This document shows, in pieces, positions 19,275 through 33,327 of a DNA stretch of 64,000 nt; within the stretch, counting starts at the first letter, position 1; each line of letters begins with the position of its first letter. Position numbers and translations under genes: made by a program. The notes under the pieces were generated by a model. It had not been told where the DNA came from and searched no databases. It was given only the letters and a program-made list of their open reading frames with translations. The stretch is from Pavona decussata. Its lineage: Eukaryota. The stretch lies in assembly GCA_977016875.1 (NCBI GenBank), contig CDRNST010000331.1, positions 1,798,001 to 1,862,000 on the forward strand, in the 5' to 3' direction.

Positions 19275-22200
19275 ATGGCTTCTTTTCGGGTACTTCACGC
19301 GGTGTGTTTGTTCAGCGTAATGCTTTTGAGAGCATGGCGGGCAGACTGCCAGAGTAATTCGCAATTATCCTGTTCAGAACATCTTGGAGCGAACAAGCTG
19401 TCGAGTCTTCAGCCTCCTTTGAAAGGTAGGAAGCGATATTTTTGCATTCTTCGTTTATTGCGAGAGTTTATTTCCATACCGTTGACAAAGGGTTTTCCAT
19501 TAATTTTGCGCTCAACAGGGAAGGAGCCACAAATTTGTGCGAGCAAGATGACATGCTGCACAAGACAAACAGAGGACACTCTACGAATAAAAGCCGCAAA
19601 GAAAATAAAAACTCACATCCAAACGAAATACACTGCTGCAAAAAGCTCCCTGTTGTCGCTTTTCGACGACTTGAAAGGTAAGCGCGTCAGTCGACGCTTC
19701 GTTAAATATTTTGTAAGCTGATGAAAAGCACTTCATTATTTGCTTTATATAAACAAGTGTTCCGTGAAATCAAGAGCGCAGCTGCGAAAGGATTTGCGGT
19801 TCAAAAATTTTAATTGTCTCAAAAATATGGTACAACTCGAGTGCTATTACTGCCAGACAAAAAAGGCTCGTGCTCTCTTGAGGAATTTTACGACAATAGC
19901 CATCAGTTGGCCACGGACTATTTCCTGTAGGCTTATTATTAATTACATTCTATTGAAGCGTGATATTTTCAATTGGCCCAAACAATCCGCAAGATTCTTT
20001 TTTGTTGTGTGCGTTAATTCATTTAAAGAAAAAAGTTATAATACTGCTTTTGGAAAGCTGATATTGGTCACTCGCGTTTTTGAAACAGTATTATAAACCT
20101 AATATAGTTTCACCTTTCTTCTTCCCGACGAATGAGTCAATACAAGTTAATATATTTGTGTGGATAATGTAATTTAAATAGGTCATCCGCATTTTCGCTC
20201 AGTGCTATTGCAAATTCGATTGTCACCGGAGTATTTCGGAACAGCTAAGCTTGTTGTTTTCGGTCCTTGCAGCTATAAACCAATTCAATTCATTTTGAAA
20301 ATCGGGTTGTCGTTTTACAAACAATAAACTGCAGATTTGCTACAATAGGTCTCTATACGTCTGTTATGAATAATTTATTTAGCGTAAAATTCAGTGAAGT
20401 GTTTTTTCCATACCGTATATGTCTTGTCGCCATGCAAATATAACTTAACTGAGAAATCCGAAGGTTTACGCATTTGCACGGAATTGAAGTTGCTTATGTT
20501 GTTTATTATGTGACAAATAAATTTCATTAATTGTGGTCATCGGTTAAGAGGATATACAGGAGTTTATTCGTTTGTTAGGAGTTTGTTGTTTCCTTAGTAG
20601 TCTTACCACTGGCCTTCTGTTTTAGATACTGAACTGGTATCTTCTGCCTGAGGGCTAAATAACTCGATCGGAGCTCTGTTCCTCTGGAATTTGGCGACAT
20701 CTGTACAGCGTATATTGATGAATTGTAAGAATTTTGAACTTTCTTTATATACTCAGCTGGAAATTAGTGTTTTGGTCTTCGAATGCCAGACTCTATTGAA
20801 CTCCCTCAAAATCCTAGCCACTAAGTAACTCGCAATATTCCGAGTGTTTAATTGTGTAAATATGCAAATTACAGAAGGTTCGAGTGCACCAAGTTCTTTT
20901 GTGTAAACAATAAAACTGATGTTGTATTGTTCCAATTCATTGAAGTCTGTTGTTTATAAGTACCCTCTCTCGATTGTTTTGATTGAAATATTGCGGGTTC
21001 ATTGAATTTCGTCAACAGCATTTTTTGTGATGGAACTTGCGTGATTTACAATGGCTTAATATCCCAGCAGTCTGCAAATATATTCTTCCAAGACTTCCAA
21101 ATTTAAACTTAACTCAAAGACGAACCACAAAAGTTGTTCCAGATAGGAACAAACATGTCAGAAAGAAAATTAGCGACAGTGAGTCCTTGAAAAGATGTTG
21201 AACTCTTCAATGATTTTCATTGATTGTCATTATGTTTCTTCTAAAATATAAAACAGATTGAACTTTTGACCATTAAAAAAAAGGTTTAAATTTTGGGCAT
21301 TGTCCTAAGACGAACTGACTCTTTGCCGATGCGATTGGGAGAACTTGAAAATTATCCCTTTTTGAATTCATGGGCATCAGTTTCAAAACTCGTTATTCAT
21401 CCCATTTGCATCAGGTTATACGCAAGTTTCCGCTACTAAAATCGCAAAGGTAAAGTCAGTGGATGTACTTATGCTACGCATAAAGGGTACTTGTAATGAT
21501 TGAGTGAATTCCTGTCTATCATGTTGGACAAACACCGCCAGCATGGCATCAATCACGTCTGGTTGGTCAATGACGTGTACCTGATAAGTCAGTGATATTA
21601 GTTCAATATGCTCACCTCACAAATCTGACACACCTGATCCATCTCCATCACACTTCCTTGATCATTAGATTCTTCTTTTAGAGCTAATTCTCTTGTTTTG
21701 TGAAGACTCTTGTGGACCAAGACTCTTCACACCAATAAGTGATCTGCTTCATTGTGCTAGTGGGTGCAGCTTAAGCACACTAAATTTTAAATCTGAGTCT
21801 TCTTAAGTATTTGCAATGTTCTTGAAATTCGAGAATTAGACTTGCCAAGTTCAAGTGCTGTTCAGAAATATTTTTTCTTGGGCAGCATAAGAAAAATATG
21901 GGGCCTATTAGATACATTAAGAGAAACAAAGGACTAAAACAAAGTTTAGTCCAAACTGTTTGGTGGCATATCATGCTGATCCATGTGCATGTTTTGTATG
22001 ATAATTATAATAAAATCAAAATAGTATACTGTCAGTTTGCAGGAATGTAACATTCAATTTTGGCTTTATGACAAAAGCTTTCCCCAGAGTGGGTTGGGAA
22101 TGTTTCTGTCATGAAGAATAATAATAATTTAATAATTTATTCACTTATATAGCACTTATATAGAATGATCAAAGGCGCTTTACAATAGATATTACAATAA

Positions 22201-25200
22201 AAATGCAATTTGCAATAGATAATTACAATAACAGTACTAAAAAGTAGTGATGTATTTTTTCCAGTCAGTGACTTGGGTATATATACTCTGAATTTATTGT
22301 TGAATTTACTGTATATTTAGTTCCCACGAGTCTCCTATAGCCCAGTGGTAGAACATCTGAACTAGTAATCAGGTGGTAGGTTCAACTCCTTTTGTATTGT
22401 ATAATTTTAGCTCCCACGAGTCTCCTGTAACACAGTGCTAGAACGTCTGAACTAGTGATCAGAAGGTCATAGGTTCAACTTCGTTGGGAGAACTCGGATT
22501 TTCTTTTTCTGAGTATGCCTGTGTCACTTACTAAAAAAAATATATCAGTCTATCATTTTATTTACTAGGCTTAAAACATGCTATAGTTATCAGTTGAGTA
22601 TGCCACGAGGGAAGTTTCGCACCCAAGTTTCACCGTTAAAACTCTGCTGTTGTCAGGGGCGACGGAGCTTCCATTGGAAACATCTCGTGCTATTGACACC
22701 ATCAGTCTTCTGTGCACATGAAATCTCCGCACTTCTGAAAAATGGCAGAGTACCAACTGAAAGTAGAATTACTTACCGGAACTGAAATGGATCAGCTCTA
22801 TGATTCCAGCTGCATTAGTGAATTCGAGCATTTATTCTTTTCAGTCACTGGTACGTGACCATACAATCGCTTCCCATGGGAAGGTAATTTTAAACCGCAT
22901 TCATCGAAGAACATTTGAGTGTACACATGTCATATTTTCTACACTAAATCCTTCTTGGGCAATAGTGCTAAGTTTTTTCCTTAAATATTTCACACCAGAC
23001 AAGATGTTACAGTTCAAGGCAGGCAAAATCCCAGAAATTGAAGTTCCGTTTGGAATGTCACCAAATTCGTTCAAACCGTCGTAAAGTTTCCATAGAGATA
23101 AAGCCGTCCTTTTTCTTTTGTCAGTTTCAATAAACTGCAAGTCACCTTGAGTTAAATTAGAGGTGTTTCCTCCTCCATGCCACCGTGGTTCAATGGTACG
23201 TTCTGTGTGCAGACAGTGCCACACATTTTTTTTTTCCACAGTATTTCCACTGACTTTGAAAGTGTTTGCCACATCTGAAAATTTACCAGGAAAGTAACCT
23301 GTGTTGATGACACCACCATTCCTAACTATTTCATCTCCTATCAATGTTTCGTAGATCATGCAAAAGTGCACAGCCCTTAATGAAGGTTTTGCCTTTGGAA
23401 TTTACTTGCAACCTGTCCATGTTTTTTGCAGTAATTTTTTTTTTTAATTTTGCGTGCGTGGGACTTATGACGTCAGTAGCACTAGCTGTTTCCAATGGAA
23501 ACTAGCTCTGTCGCCCCTGACAACAGCACAGTTTTAACGGTAAAACTTGGGTGCAAAACTTCCGTCGTTGAATACTGAACTGATAAGCGTATAAAAGTTA
23601 TATTTTTGCATTTACTTGTTGCACAATATTATTTTTGTTACATCTGATTTGGATTGAGATTTTTTGTTTATTTAAATTTGTAGAGGAGATTACCAGTTCG
23701 GTAGGGCTGGTTTAAAAACTCCAATCCATTTACAATGAATTAACAAATACCAACAATCAATACAGTAAAATAGATTTAATTAAAAACATGTATATTAAAA
23801 TGTAGATGATTAGTCAAGTCACTAAAATTTGTCATTTAGACTCTTGATGTGTATATAATGAACCTGTTGTATCCTAAAAACTGAAACAGGATAAGGGTTA
23901 AATGAGAAGGGTGTCCAGGCATCTATGGGACGTCCACTCTTTGATAAAAATTTCAGTTAAAATTTAGTTAATCTTTTGGATGCCCTGCCTGAAACACATC
24001 TTGTTGGCAATACTCAGAACTTTGTTCTAACAAGATGCCTATACTGGCATATACACAAAATGCTGTGGCTGATTCATGTATTCCAACTGTATGCCTCGCC
24101 GATTGATAAAACTATCATTGCTAATGGAATATTTTGAGTCATGAAGATCGCGTTATGTTGTTTCCCTTGTGTTACACTACTGAGGATCTCACCGGAAATT
24201 TCGGAAATTCCATTACGATAACGTAAGCTTCTCAATGACCTCTTTTCTGTCTCCCATCGTGGTTCGGGACTGTCAAACAAAGCACGATTCCTTCACCAGG
24301 AACTCTCCAATTTCCACCGTTTTAGATGTCGAGTGCTTCTTAGAAGTTATTCTTTTGATTTACCGCTTCAAAATGGTGAAATACGCTTGAGTCCACAACA
24401 TGTTAACAATATGGCGCCACAAATTTAATCCGTTTTTAGTAAATAAATCAAATGATGCGTTGACGTCACACAGGTAGGGGGTGAGTGGGTCCCCTCCCTC
24501 GCGATATACGCGACAAGAATGGATTTTCATTGGCCTGCTTTTGTTGATGACAATCAGAACAATACTTCCCAAGTAGGAGAGGGGAGAGTTTAATGAATAA
24601 ATTAACATGCAGATTTGTTGCTACTACAAAGAAAAAAAAAAAGAAATCGACCCGTTTTTAGACACGGAATCCCCCTTCAGGGCATCCCGCGTAAAAATGT
24701 CAAAAAAGGACCAGTTGTGTATTTAAGCAAATGAGAGGACCCATTATAGGGTCTGTATTTTGTTTGTTAATGTAGTAATAATGGGCTTTTTGTAAGGCAA
24801 TTGCACCAACAAAAACCGATTTTCCAATTTTCCCAATTGCATAAATTGGAAAATTCACTGCGATGATCACTTCTAACTTTCATCTACATCCACAGTTTAT
24901 ATATGAATCATTTCATATACTTTACATCCCTAAAAACCGATTTGTTATAGTTTAAGCCACTGGTGAAGCATGGACATCATGACCCCTTGAATGGCAGTTC
25001 TGGCTCCCGGCCCTGTCACCAAATCCAAAACAAATTGGAATATATTAATATAAAATTAATATTAATTGAAATATTCAGGTCACTGTAAGTCAAATCATAA
25101 GTGAAATCAGACTCTCCGTGTTGAGTGAGCAACCCCATGATCTTAGTGATGTAATAGGAATAAGCTGTGCTTTTTCATCCACTGTCACTGTAGGGTTGCC

Positions 25201-28200
25201 TGTAGTGTAGTGGTTATCACGTCTGCCTTGAATGCAGGAGACTGGGGTTTGAATCCTTGCCAGTGAACAATATTTTTGCATAGTACCTTATATCTTGCTT
25301 TTACACATTGACTTACCAAATCCAACCTAAACCCTTGTTCCTCGCAAAGCGAGGGCCGAAGGCCTGAGCGTAGCGAGGTTAATAAATTTGTCAGGCCGAG
25401 CCAGCCCGAGCAGAGCTAAGCCGCACGAATTCGAGCGAAAAATATGTTTATATATATGTATGTATGTTTATATATTTCGTTGAAGGTGTCGGCACTGTTG
25501 CCTAGCAACAGTGAAAAACAAGTATGAATGACGTCAGACTGTCTGCGTCGTCTGGAGCAAAATTTGCATACATTGGGAAAGTTTGCGTGCCGGACCAAAT
25601 TTCAACTGCAATGTTGATCAATATTCACTGGATACAGAACTATCTCTCCAGAATCTTTTCCCTTTCTTCCAGAAATCTTTTTTGTGAAAGGTTGCATTGA
25701 AGAAATTACATGTTTTGTGGCCGCGGTAAAATAATTTTCTGTAGGAAATAAATTCATTGAACACAACAGCGCTTCACGCACATTGTACATTTCGTCGGGT
25801 CAGAAATAGATTTTCAACCGCAAACTAGCCTGTGGAACCTCGAAAATACCATGCCCATCAAAATAGTTGCCATGTTCAGAAACCTTTTAATCTCCTCATT
25901 TGATACTACAATACGAGTAAAGAGGGCTTTCCACCCAGCCCCAGCCTCGCGAGGTTTTGCGAGTCACGTATTTCTAGTAAATGTATTATTTTTTGTTCAT
26001 TTTTAGAAAGTGTGATGAACCCAATAATTTTCTCTTTATCGTCACACGTATATTCAGCCGGTTAGCTATTTAAAGGGTGTTGATTCTTATTCTCGAATTT
26101 AAATTTGCAGGTTATTTTCAAGATGTTATTCGCGAAGGCCACCGCCAAAGTACCATTTTCTTGTTGAACACCCAGAAGAATCTGTCAAAATCCGAAGTCC
26201 AAGTAATATCAACCTTCTTCAAAGACCTGGAAAACTATCTGGTTGACGATAAAATGGAGTTAGAAGACATTTTGAATACATTCTTCCGTGATTCCTTTCC
26301 ACTTGTTCTTGAGTATGCAAACCCCTCAGGGAAAACTGTCTCAAACTCTTACAGACAATGTTTAAAAACCAACGTGGAATCAATACAGCCATTTGGCAAA
26401 CGTCCAGCACACTTAATGGGTATTTTTGAACAGGTCTTTCAGCCAGTGCGTAAATTGTTCAGCAGCTTAAAGTTTGGAATAGAATTAATGAATATGGCAC
26501 AGCAATTTAACTTCACAAGCGGATGCAAGAATGTGCTTTTGCAGATGAAGTTCTGTTCATCATGTCAGGGTCTTAACAAAGTAAAGCCGTGTTACAGTTA
26601 CTGCAAAGATGCATTAAGGAAATGTTTGACACCTGAAATTCACCTACAGAAAGAGTGGGGGTCGTATCTTGATAATGTCAACTTGCTTGCTCAGAGTATT
26701 GGCAAGTCTGACTTGGAGAACTTCGCCAACTCCATTTACAAGGATTTGTGGAGTGCTGCAATGTATGTGCTAGTTCAGAAGCAGAATATTATGACTCAGG
26801 TAAGGTTTGTTTATTTGTAGTTGTTTCATTACAAAGTCTGGATTTAGGTGGGACAGTGTATATCTTACCATATCTACTTTTTGTCATTATTCTTGACCTG
26901 ACCTTCTCAAATTCATTAATACATATATGTTTTGGCTAATCAAAGTGACACTGCCTCTTTAATAAACTGATTCTTGCACCTGTTCATAGGTCTTGGACAA
27001 GTGTGGGACGCCAGAGTACACTGATGCCCCATCTAAGTCCACGGAGTACACAGATTCAGTATCTCCTACTCCGTATGTGAAGGTGCGCCTGTTTGCTGAG
27101 ATGGATGTCACGAAAAAGAAAGTGTTTGACCTCAAATATTTTTATGAACGCTTGCCAGAGGAGTTGTGTGTTGTAGATGAGATTTCTGCGAAACAAGCTG
27201 AGTTTGACAACTGCTGGAATGGACAATCTGTGGCAAGGTAAGATCTCTCGTATTCACAAGACCTAATCTGCATTAGTATGTTAAGTCTTCTAATGTCTTA
27301 GTAGTTTGTACTTATCATTTCTTGTGTTCAACTTTGAAGTCATTGCAGTGTCTTAGGCCTAGTTCATATGTCGCATTTCAGTCAAATATAAGGCAGACAA
27401 AGTTAATTAAAAAAATTAAATTCGTCAGTAATGCGACGTATACGTCTGACATGCGTGTGAGTTCAAATGTCGAAGTTCAGAGGCATCGAATTAAATATAT
27501 AAATTTCAAAATACATTAACGTAATATTGATCATACATAAGTAATATTGATACATCATGAAAACTAATTTCTGAAATTATGGGATTTGCTGAGATTTTCT
27601 GAAAGAGCATGATGAAAAATGCCTACTTGGAACAAATCAGCATCTTATTGCAATTTGGTGATAAGGTATTAGCTCTGTTATGCCCCGATGACTCCATGCA
27701 AATCCTTCTAATTTTGCCTAAGTTCAAAACATTTGGATATGTTCCAAATTAGAAGGATTTGTATGGAGTCATCGGAGCATAAAAGTGCGAATGTCTATAC
27801 ATAACAATTAATACCATGACCTGTGTAATGATAAAAATGTGTAATAATCCTGTTGCTCAAAGTGTTAACCCTTTAATCCCTAAGAGTGCCATTTGGCATA
27901 TAAGACCACAACTCTGTCAATATTTGACAGATTTCTATGAATTTTTCACACCAAGGTGGTCTTGTGAAGATCTACTCATTAAAAGGATAAAAACTTAACC
28001 CCCTCCCATATGTGATATGGTTGACTACCCCCAAAACTTTTCAACTTTTTCCCCCTAGAAGTTGTGGGTCTTAAGACATCTCTCACATTAATGAAGATGT
28101 TGAGACCTGCAAAGTAAGCTATAGTTTAGGGGTATATCTAATATACGCAAGGATTGGGACGTTTTTGAAATTTTAAATTTTTACGTTTTAAGGCCATTTA

Positions 28201-31200
28201 TCTCAAAGGCATAACTTTTCTCATTCATAATTATATCAGTTATGAAATACACTCATGAGTAGCTTTAAAATGGTATATCATACATAGACATAGAGTTTGT
28301 AGACTTGGATCTGGAGAAAATGTCGTTTTGCCTTGAAGGGTTAAAGGGTTAAGAGTGCATTCAATAGGTAATCAAGTTTGAGAATCAGCGTTATGTATTG
28401 CCCTACTGTAAAATTCCAAATATTGGGCCCTCTGAAAGTAAGTTCCCTTTAAATTTTCAAACCCATTGCCAATAGATGGACTTGGGAAGGGGTGCCTCAA
28501 AGTTGGGTTAGGGGATGCTAGGTGGATCATTGATGGCAAGGAGGTATCCATGGCAACTGCCAAGGCACTGTCAGACTGGAATGCTTACTAAAGCAAGGGG
28601 GGATGGAGTGGGACAAGAAACTTGCAGCTAATGTTATACTATAAGGTAAACCACTGTAAAAAGCAAATGACACTTCATCAAGCCAAGCAAGGAAGACAAA
28701 TTCATGTATGCATCTTAAGGTGTCCCTGCTAGAACTTGCCAGATTCCATTAAGTCCTGTGAAGGGGAAGACCACTGGTCAGCATCGTTCAGAGGTTAACT
28801 TTGCCCAAATTACATTTAGCTGGATATAAATTTCAGAAATGAACAGTACGATATCTCAGATGTGAGACTATGGACTGTTTCTTAGCGTTTCACGCTATTT
28901 TGAGCTTGCAACACCCTGCAATATTAAGCTTCCACCTCCCCCCCCCCCCCAAAAAAAAAATAAATAAATAAATAAATATATAAACAAAAAAGGCTCTCCC
29001 GACAATAAGCATTTCCACTTGCATAGTGCGATAACTGCTATTAGCAATAAGTTCTGTAAACTTCTTGCAACATCACTATATTTAAATAAAATATTGAAGG
29101 GGTGCCTGGAAAAAAGCACTAAGTGACTTCTGATTATTTGCAGATTCTCCTTCCACATTGTCTTGTCTTCACTTTTGAAACAAAAGGAGAATTTGATCTT
29201 ACATCAAAAGTCACTGAGGGCCTTATTCCACACACCCCTTCAATTGCTTTACTTCTTGTAAACACATCACTCTAAATTACTTTTTTATCACCCGCGTAGA
29301 TAAATACTTTGCTCTTTGCAAGTGTCATTGTCACGGGAATTAAGGAATTAAATAAATAGAGTAGAGAATCACTGCACCATTAGTTCCAACTTAGAGCAAG
29401 TAAGTTGATCGTTATGTTTGTCTTGTTTCATAGGTACACTGGTTTAGACTCAAATCCAGCAGATTTCCAGATGACCCCGGAGTCAGCCAAGCACTTAAAA
29501 CTCCTGGAGGAAAAGATACGAGAGAGGAATCTTGAAATTGAAAAGTTAATTGTCATTAATGAGATAGGTGATGAAAGTGGAAGCGGCAGTGGAAGTGGTG
29601 GAGGTAACATGGTTTAACAGTTGTAGATAAAGTACAGTGATAATGTAGCATAACTGCCTAGAGTATACATGTCTACATGTGTGTTGTGTTGTCCTTCTTT
29701 TTACTGGCATTTTCCTAACTTTGTTTGTTGCCTACAGCTTATTACTAAAACATTGCCCCTCCTGTATTTTTGTTAGGAAAAGGCTTGTTTTAAATAAGCA
29801 ATAGCCTTTTGTGAATAAAAACAAAGGAGGAAAGCAAAATAGCATTGTCTTTAATGGGAAAAACTGTCCTGCTCCAATCAGTCTGTCTGCTGTGTCTGTC
29901 TGTTCATTTGTTCCTTCCTTCCTTCATATATTTGCACATCCTTCTGTGCTTTCTTCCATTCATTCATCCATCTGTTCATCCATCCATCCATCCATTCATT
30001 CATTCATTCATTCATTCATTCATTCATTCATTCATGCATGCATGCACTGACAGTTCAGGACCTCAAAAGCCAAGTTATCCTAGAAAGTAAACTGAAATGT
30101 GATTTCTGTTCATCCTGAACAAAAATCAAGTTTTTGATGTTTGGACCAGTTCTGGCTTTAAGGCTAGTGAGACAGTTGAATCCTCCAAACTTGAAAATGG
30201 AATTAAATAGTGAAGGGCTGGGGCTTAATCTGGAAATCCAAGATGAGAAGACAACATAACATTCGCTAATAATTGCTTATAAGAATTGTTATAGTTTGTT
30301 TGATGTTAATTTGATGATCAATACACATTGACCCACAGAACAAACCTTTTTCAAGCAAATGCAATAATAGTATTTTTGTAATGTATGTGTTTTTAGAAAA
30401 TGAAATAGATGGAAGTGCTTGTGGTGATGATGATGAAGACTGTGGCAGCTCCAGTGGATCTAATGCTAAGGGTAATCCTGTTGTCCCATTTGGTAAGATT
30501 TTCTTGGCATTGTATGACCCCTTACTAAACCATTATATTGGCGCGGTTTGTGGTTCAATCCCAAAAAATCTAGAGTGGATTTATTGCTGTTCTTGGTTCA
30601 TTGATTTCTGTCATTTATGAGATTAGTATAATCAGATTAGACTAAGGGGCCATTTATTAGGTTCTGGGGATCTATAAGATTTGGATACTTGGGGTTGTCA
30701 TTAAGTTTTTAAGCAGGCTTAACACGTAGATTTACACCTGTAGTGTATCCGCAATATGCGGTGGCCACATTAAAGGCCCAGAGTGGGTTTGAGCTTCTTG
30801 GGGGGTCTGGGGGCATGCTCCCCAAGAAGATTTATAAAATAAGCCCCTCCGTGAGTGGATACATTAAAATAATATTTTGGACTAAGCATCACTGGCATAA
30901 CATCGAGTGAGCTCAGGTTGTGTTTACAGCTAGATTACAGTACGTAATGACAGCACTCAGGGCAGTTATTATGGAATGCGCATCTATTGGATCATTTACA
31001 GTATGTAATCTTTTTCAGATAAAAACACTGACATCTATATAATAGGTGAAACAACAGAGCCAAGCAATGAGATTGATGATGATGATGTGCGAGGTGGTGG
31101 TGTTAATCCAACCCAACAAAGTGGCAATGTGCTAGCGATAGGAAATACGTCATCTCCTTGTACAAGTTGCTCACTTCTGTTACTAGCTGTATTATTGTTT

Positions 31201-31227
31201 GGAGTCAAGCTCATACGCAACTGGTAG
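19275..31227 (+). CDS. Glypican of the GPC3/5 (Dally-type) subfamily, 573 aa
   Basis: Seven exons: 19275-19425, 19519-19677, 26111-26799, 26990-27237, 29434-29603, 30397-30492, 31019-31227 (1722 nt). Has a signal peptide, all 14 glypican cysteines (ICASKMTCC, FCSSC..KPCYSYC, CWNG), a heparan sulfate site DESGSGSGSGG and a hydrophobic GPI-type tail. Subfamily marks FF..SFPLV...NP, FYERLPEELC and CGDDDEDC resemble GPC3/5. Confidence 0.9.
22319..22570 (+). mobile_element. tRNA-derived SINE with a duplicated head
   Basis: Two tandem heads TAG(T/C)TCCCACGAGTCTCCT.TA.C.CAGTG.TAGAAC..CTGAACTAGT..GGTTCAACT (A-box and B-box-like), then GGGAGAACTCGGATTTT..TATGCCTGTGTCACT. A decayed relative lies at about 5960-6050. 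Confidence 0.7.
22582..23593 (-). mobile_element. Internally deleted IS630/Tc1-mariner-like DNA transposon with ~110-bp TIRs and a decayed transposase N-terminus
   Basis: TIRs TTATCAGTT.AGTAT..AAGTTT.GCACCCAAGTTT.ACCGTTAAAACT.TGCTGTTGTCAGGGGCGAC and its inverse at 23470-23590. ORF 22901-23371 resembles a paired-like HTH region (FSDVANTFKVSGNTV..W, GGGN.S.LT, TSIS..RKK). Confidence 0.75.
24852..24928 (+). mobile_element. SINE 3' tail fragment
   Basis: AATTCACTGCGATGATCAC..CTTTCATCTAC..CAGT..ATATGAA..TTTCATATA.TT.ACATC resembles a recalled abundant anthozoan SINE tail. Confidence 0.45.
25195..25268 (+). pseudogene. Degenerate tRNA(Val)-like sequence or SINE head
   Basis: GTAGTGTAGTGGTTATCACGT matches the tRNA-Val D-arm. 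The T-arm GGTTTGAATCC, acceptor stem and anticodon arm are damaged. Confidence 0.6.
27865..28352. mobile_element. piggyBac-like MITE
   Basis: TTAACCCTTTAA...TTAAAGGGTTAA termini. Confidence 0.7.
29950..30045. repeat. (TCCA)n/(TTCA)n microsatellite
   Basis: Visible directly in the sequence. Confidence 0.95.
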
Positions 31228-31459
31228 TCTATACTTGCATGAAAGGGATGTCAGCATTTTAACAGTCGTTATTATCATCATACAGTTATAATACCACCAC
31301 AACCTGGCGGGAAACATGTGGTATCAGATACAGAGAATTGACGGAAAAGAAGGAAACTCAGTATTATTGACGTTTTTTTGTATAAAGAGGTTCAGCTGTC
31401 TAATAATAAATTATTCTAGTGTTCTGTGGAGTAAGTAGGCTCAACCAAAGGAGGAAAAA

Positions 31460-31592
31460 NNNNNNNNNNNNNNNNNNNNNNNNNNNNNNNNNNNNNNNNN
31501 NNNNNNNNNNNNNNNNNNNNNNNNNNNNNNNNNNNNNNNNNNNNNNNNNNNNNNNNNNNNNNNNNNNNNNNNNNNNNNNNNNNNNNNNNNNN
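31460..31592. other. Assembly gap
   Basis: Run of N. Confidence 1.
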
Positions 31593-32479
31593 TGTGCTTG
31601 CTGAATAGACATGTATTCAGCAGTTCCAGTCCAGCCTAGCTGGAGATGTCAAAGGCAGACAAGATTTTTTTCTTTTTTTTTTTTAATTTCTGTTTGTACC
31701 TCCTTTTCTTAGTTCGCATACATTCTTTGGTAAATATAGGATAGTCCATGAAATGCAGGTTTCTTAAGGACATTGCCTCCTTATACAGAAGTAGTTCTGC
31801 CCAGTCTTTGACTACATGGTAAAAGCTGGTCTAGTAAGGGCTCATTTTTGGAATTCAAAAAGAAAGTTGGGGGTAACCTCACATTTTTGAGAGGTAATAA
31901 CATTAGCTTCAATCTGGAAAGCTTTTTTAGAATTATTGCTGCTCTATTATCTCTGAAAAATGGATGCCTACCCCTGATTTTCTTTCATAAACCCTGCCAA
32001 AATACCATTGTATATTATTTATGGAGGGCGGGGATGGGGACACCTTTCCCTAACAAAATCTTTTAGCCACAGGCAGCAAGGTTGACATTTGGTAGCGGTA
32101 AATTGTCTTGTGATAGAATTAGGTCATGTTACTTTGATAATTTAAGCATGAGCCTAGTATATATAACATGTACCAATTCATTTAATTTTGTTAGGATATA
32201 GTGTGCTATAAAGTGAGGGCTCAAAATTTACCTGTTGCCAGTAATTTAAGATAACATATCTATTTACATTTGAACACAGTGTTTTGATAACCTTGACAAA
32301 ACTCTGTGGGATCGCTAAAAGATTGAGTGCAATTGCATGACCCCCTCCCAAAGGAGAGTTGAAACAATAATAATTATTATATTGTAACTGATCTTTTTTT
32401 TGGTCAATTGATGTGTTCTCATTTTTGTGGAACTTCATTTACCTGGGCGCAAATGTGGCGTGAAAATCGTGTGACTGGT

Positions 32480-32521
<42 letters not shown>

Positions 32522-32758
32522 ACATTTCGAGATACTCGGGTTTCCTATGGGTGGTGCCTACAAATACAGGGATATTTTTGCGTGGTTTAAATCTATGCGG
32601 AGAAAGCAGAACTTACCAAATGCTCTTGGTATCTCAAAAGAAAATTGGGGGCAACCATGCATTTTTCAGAGATAATTAAGGTTCAATTTAGGAAAAAATC
32701 CCATACGTTGCTTTATATTTTAGCATTTTTTAGAGATATTGTTGCTTAATTTTCTCTG

Positions 32759-32794
<36 letters not shown>

Positions 32795-32884
32795 TCCAAT
32801 AGTCCTTGCTAAGATCTGCTTTTCCCGCATAATTTGTCGTAAACCGCACAAAAATACTTCGGTATTAGTAGGCACCGTCCTTAA
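32480..32884. mobile_element. TTAA-flanked MITE (Kolobok-like ends)
   Basis: TIR TTAAGGACGGTGCCTACTA / TAGTAGGCACCGTCCTTAA. Decayed relatives at about 1620-1745 and 31765-31990. Confidence 0.85.
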
Positions 32885-32980
32885 GGGGGCTCATTACATG
32901 AAAGTTTTTGGGGCAAAACTGAAGCGGGTGGTGGGTCCTCACCATATGGCCACCCCAACATGAGCATCTTATTTAGGTTA

Positions 32981-33327
32981 CCATAAACTGCCGCTTATAA
33001 GCCCCAGGCTTATACAACTTCGTAAGGGATTTTAGATGGGCTTATAAAGGAAGGGGGTATATACGGGGGCATTTATAACTAGAATAAAAAAAACCGTTTC
33101 GAAACGAGCTATAGCAGTGTTGATCGAAATAAGTTTTTCATTTACTGGTTTTTAAAAAATGTCAAATATATTTGGAAAAAAATTAAAACTAACAACATGA
33201 ACAAAACTAGAGGGGGGCTTATATCCCGTGGGGCAGGGGGGGGGGGGGGGGCGCTTATAATCGGATGTAGTTTTTGGGGGGGTAGATGGGCCTATAACCG
33301 GAAGGGCTTATAAGAGGCAGTTTACGG
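32981..33327. mobile_element. TA-flanked mariner-type MITE
   Basis: CCATAAACTGCCGCTTATAAGCCC / GGGCTTATAAGAGGCAGTTTACGG with TA on both sides. Confidence 0.8.

Noticed and set aside
25195-25268. Functional tRNA gene
   Set aside because: Acceptor and anticodon stems are broken and the TTC of the T-loop is mutated. Kept only as a pseudogene or SINE head.
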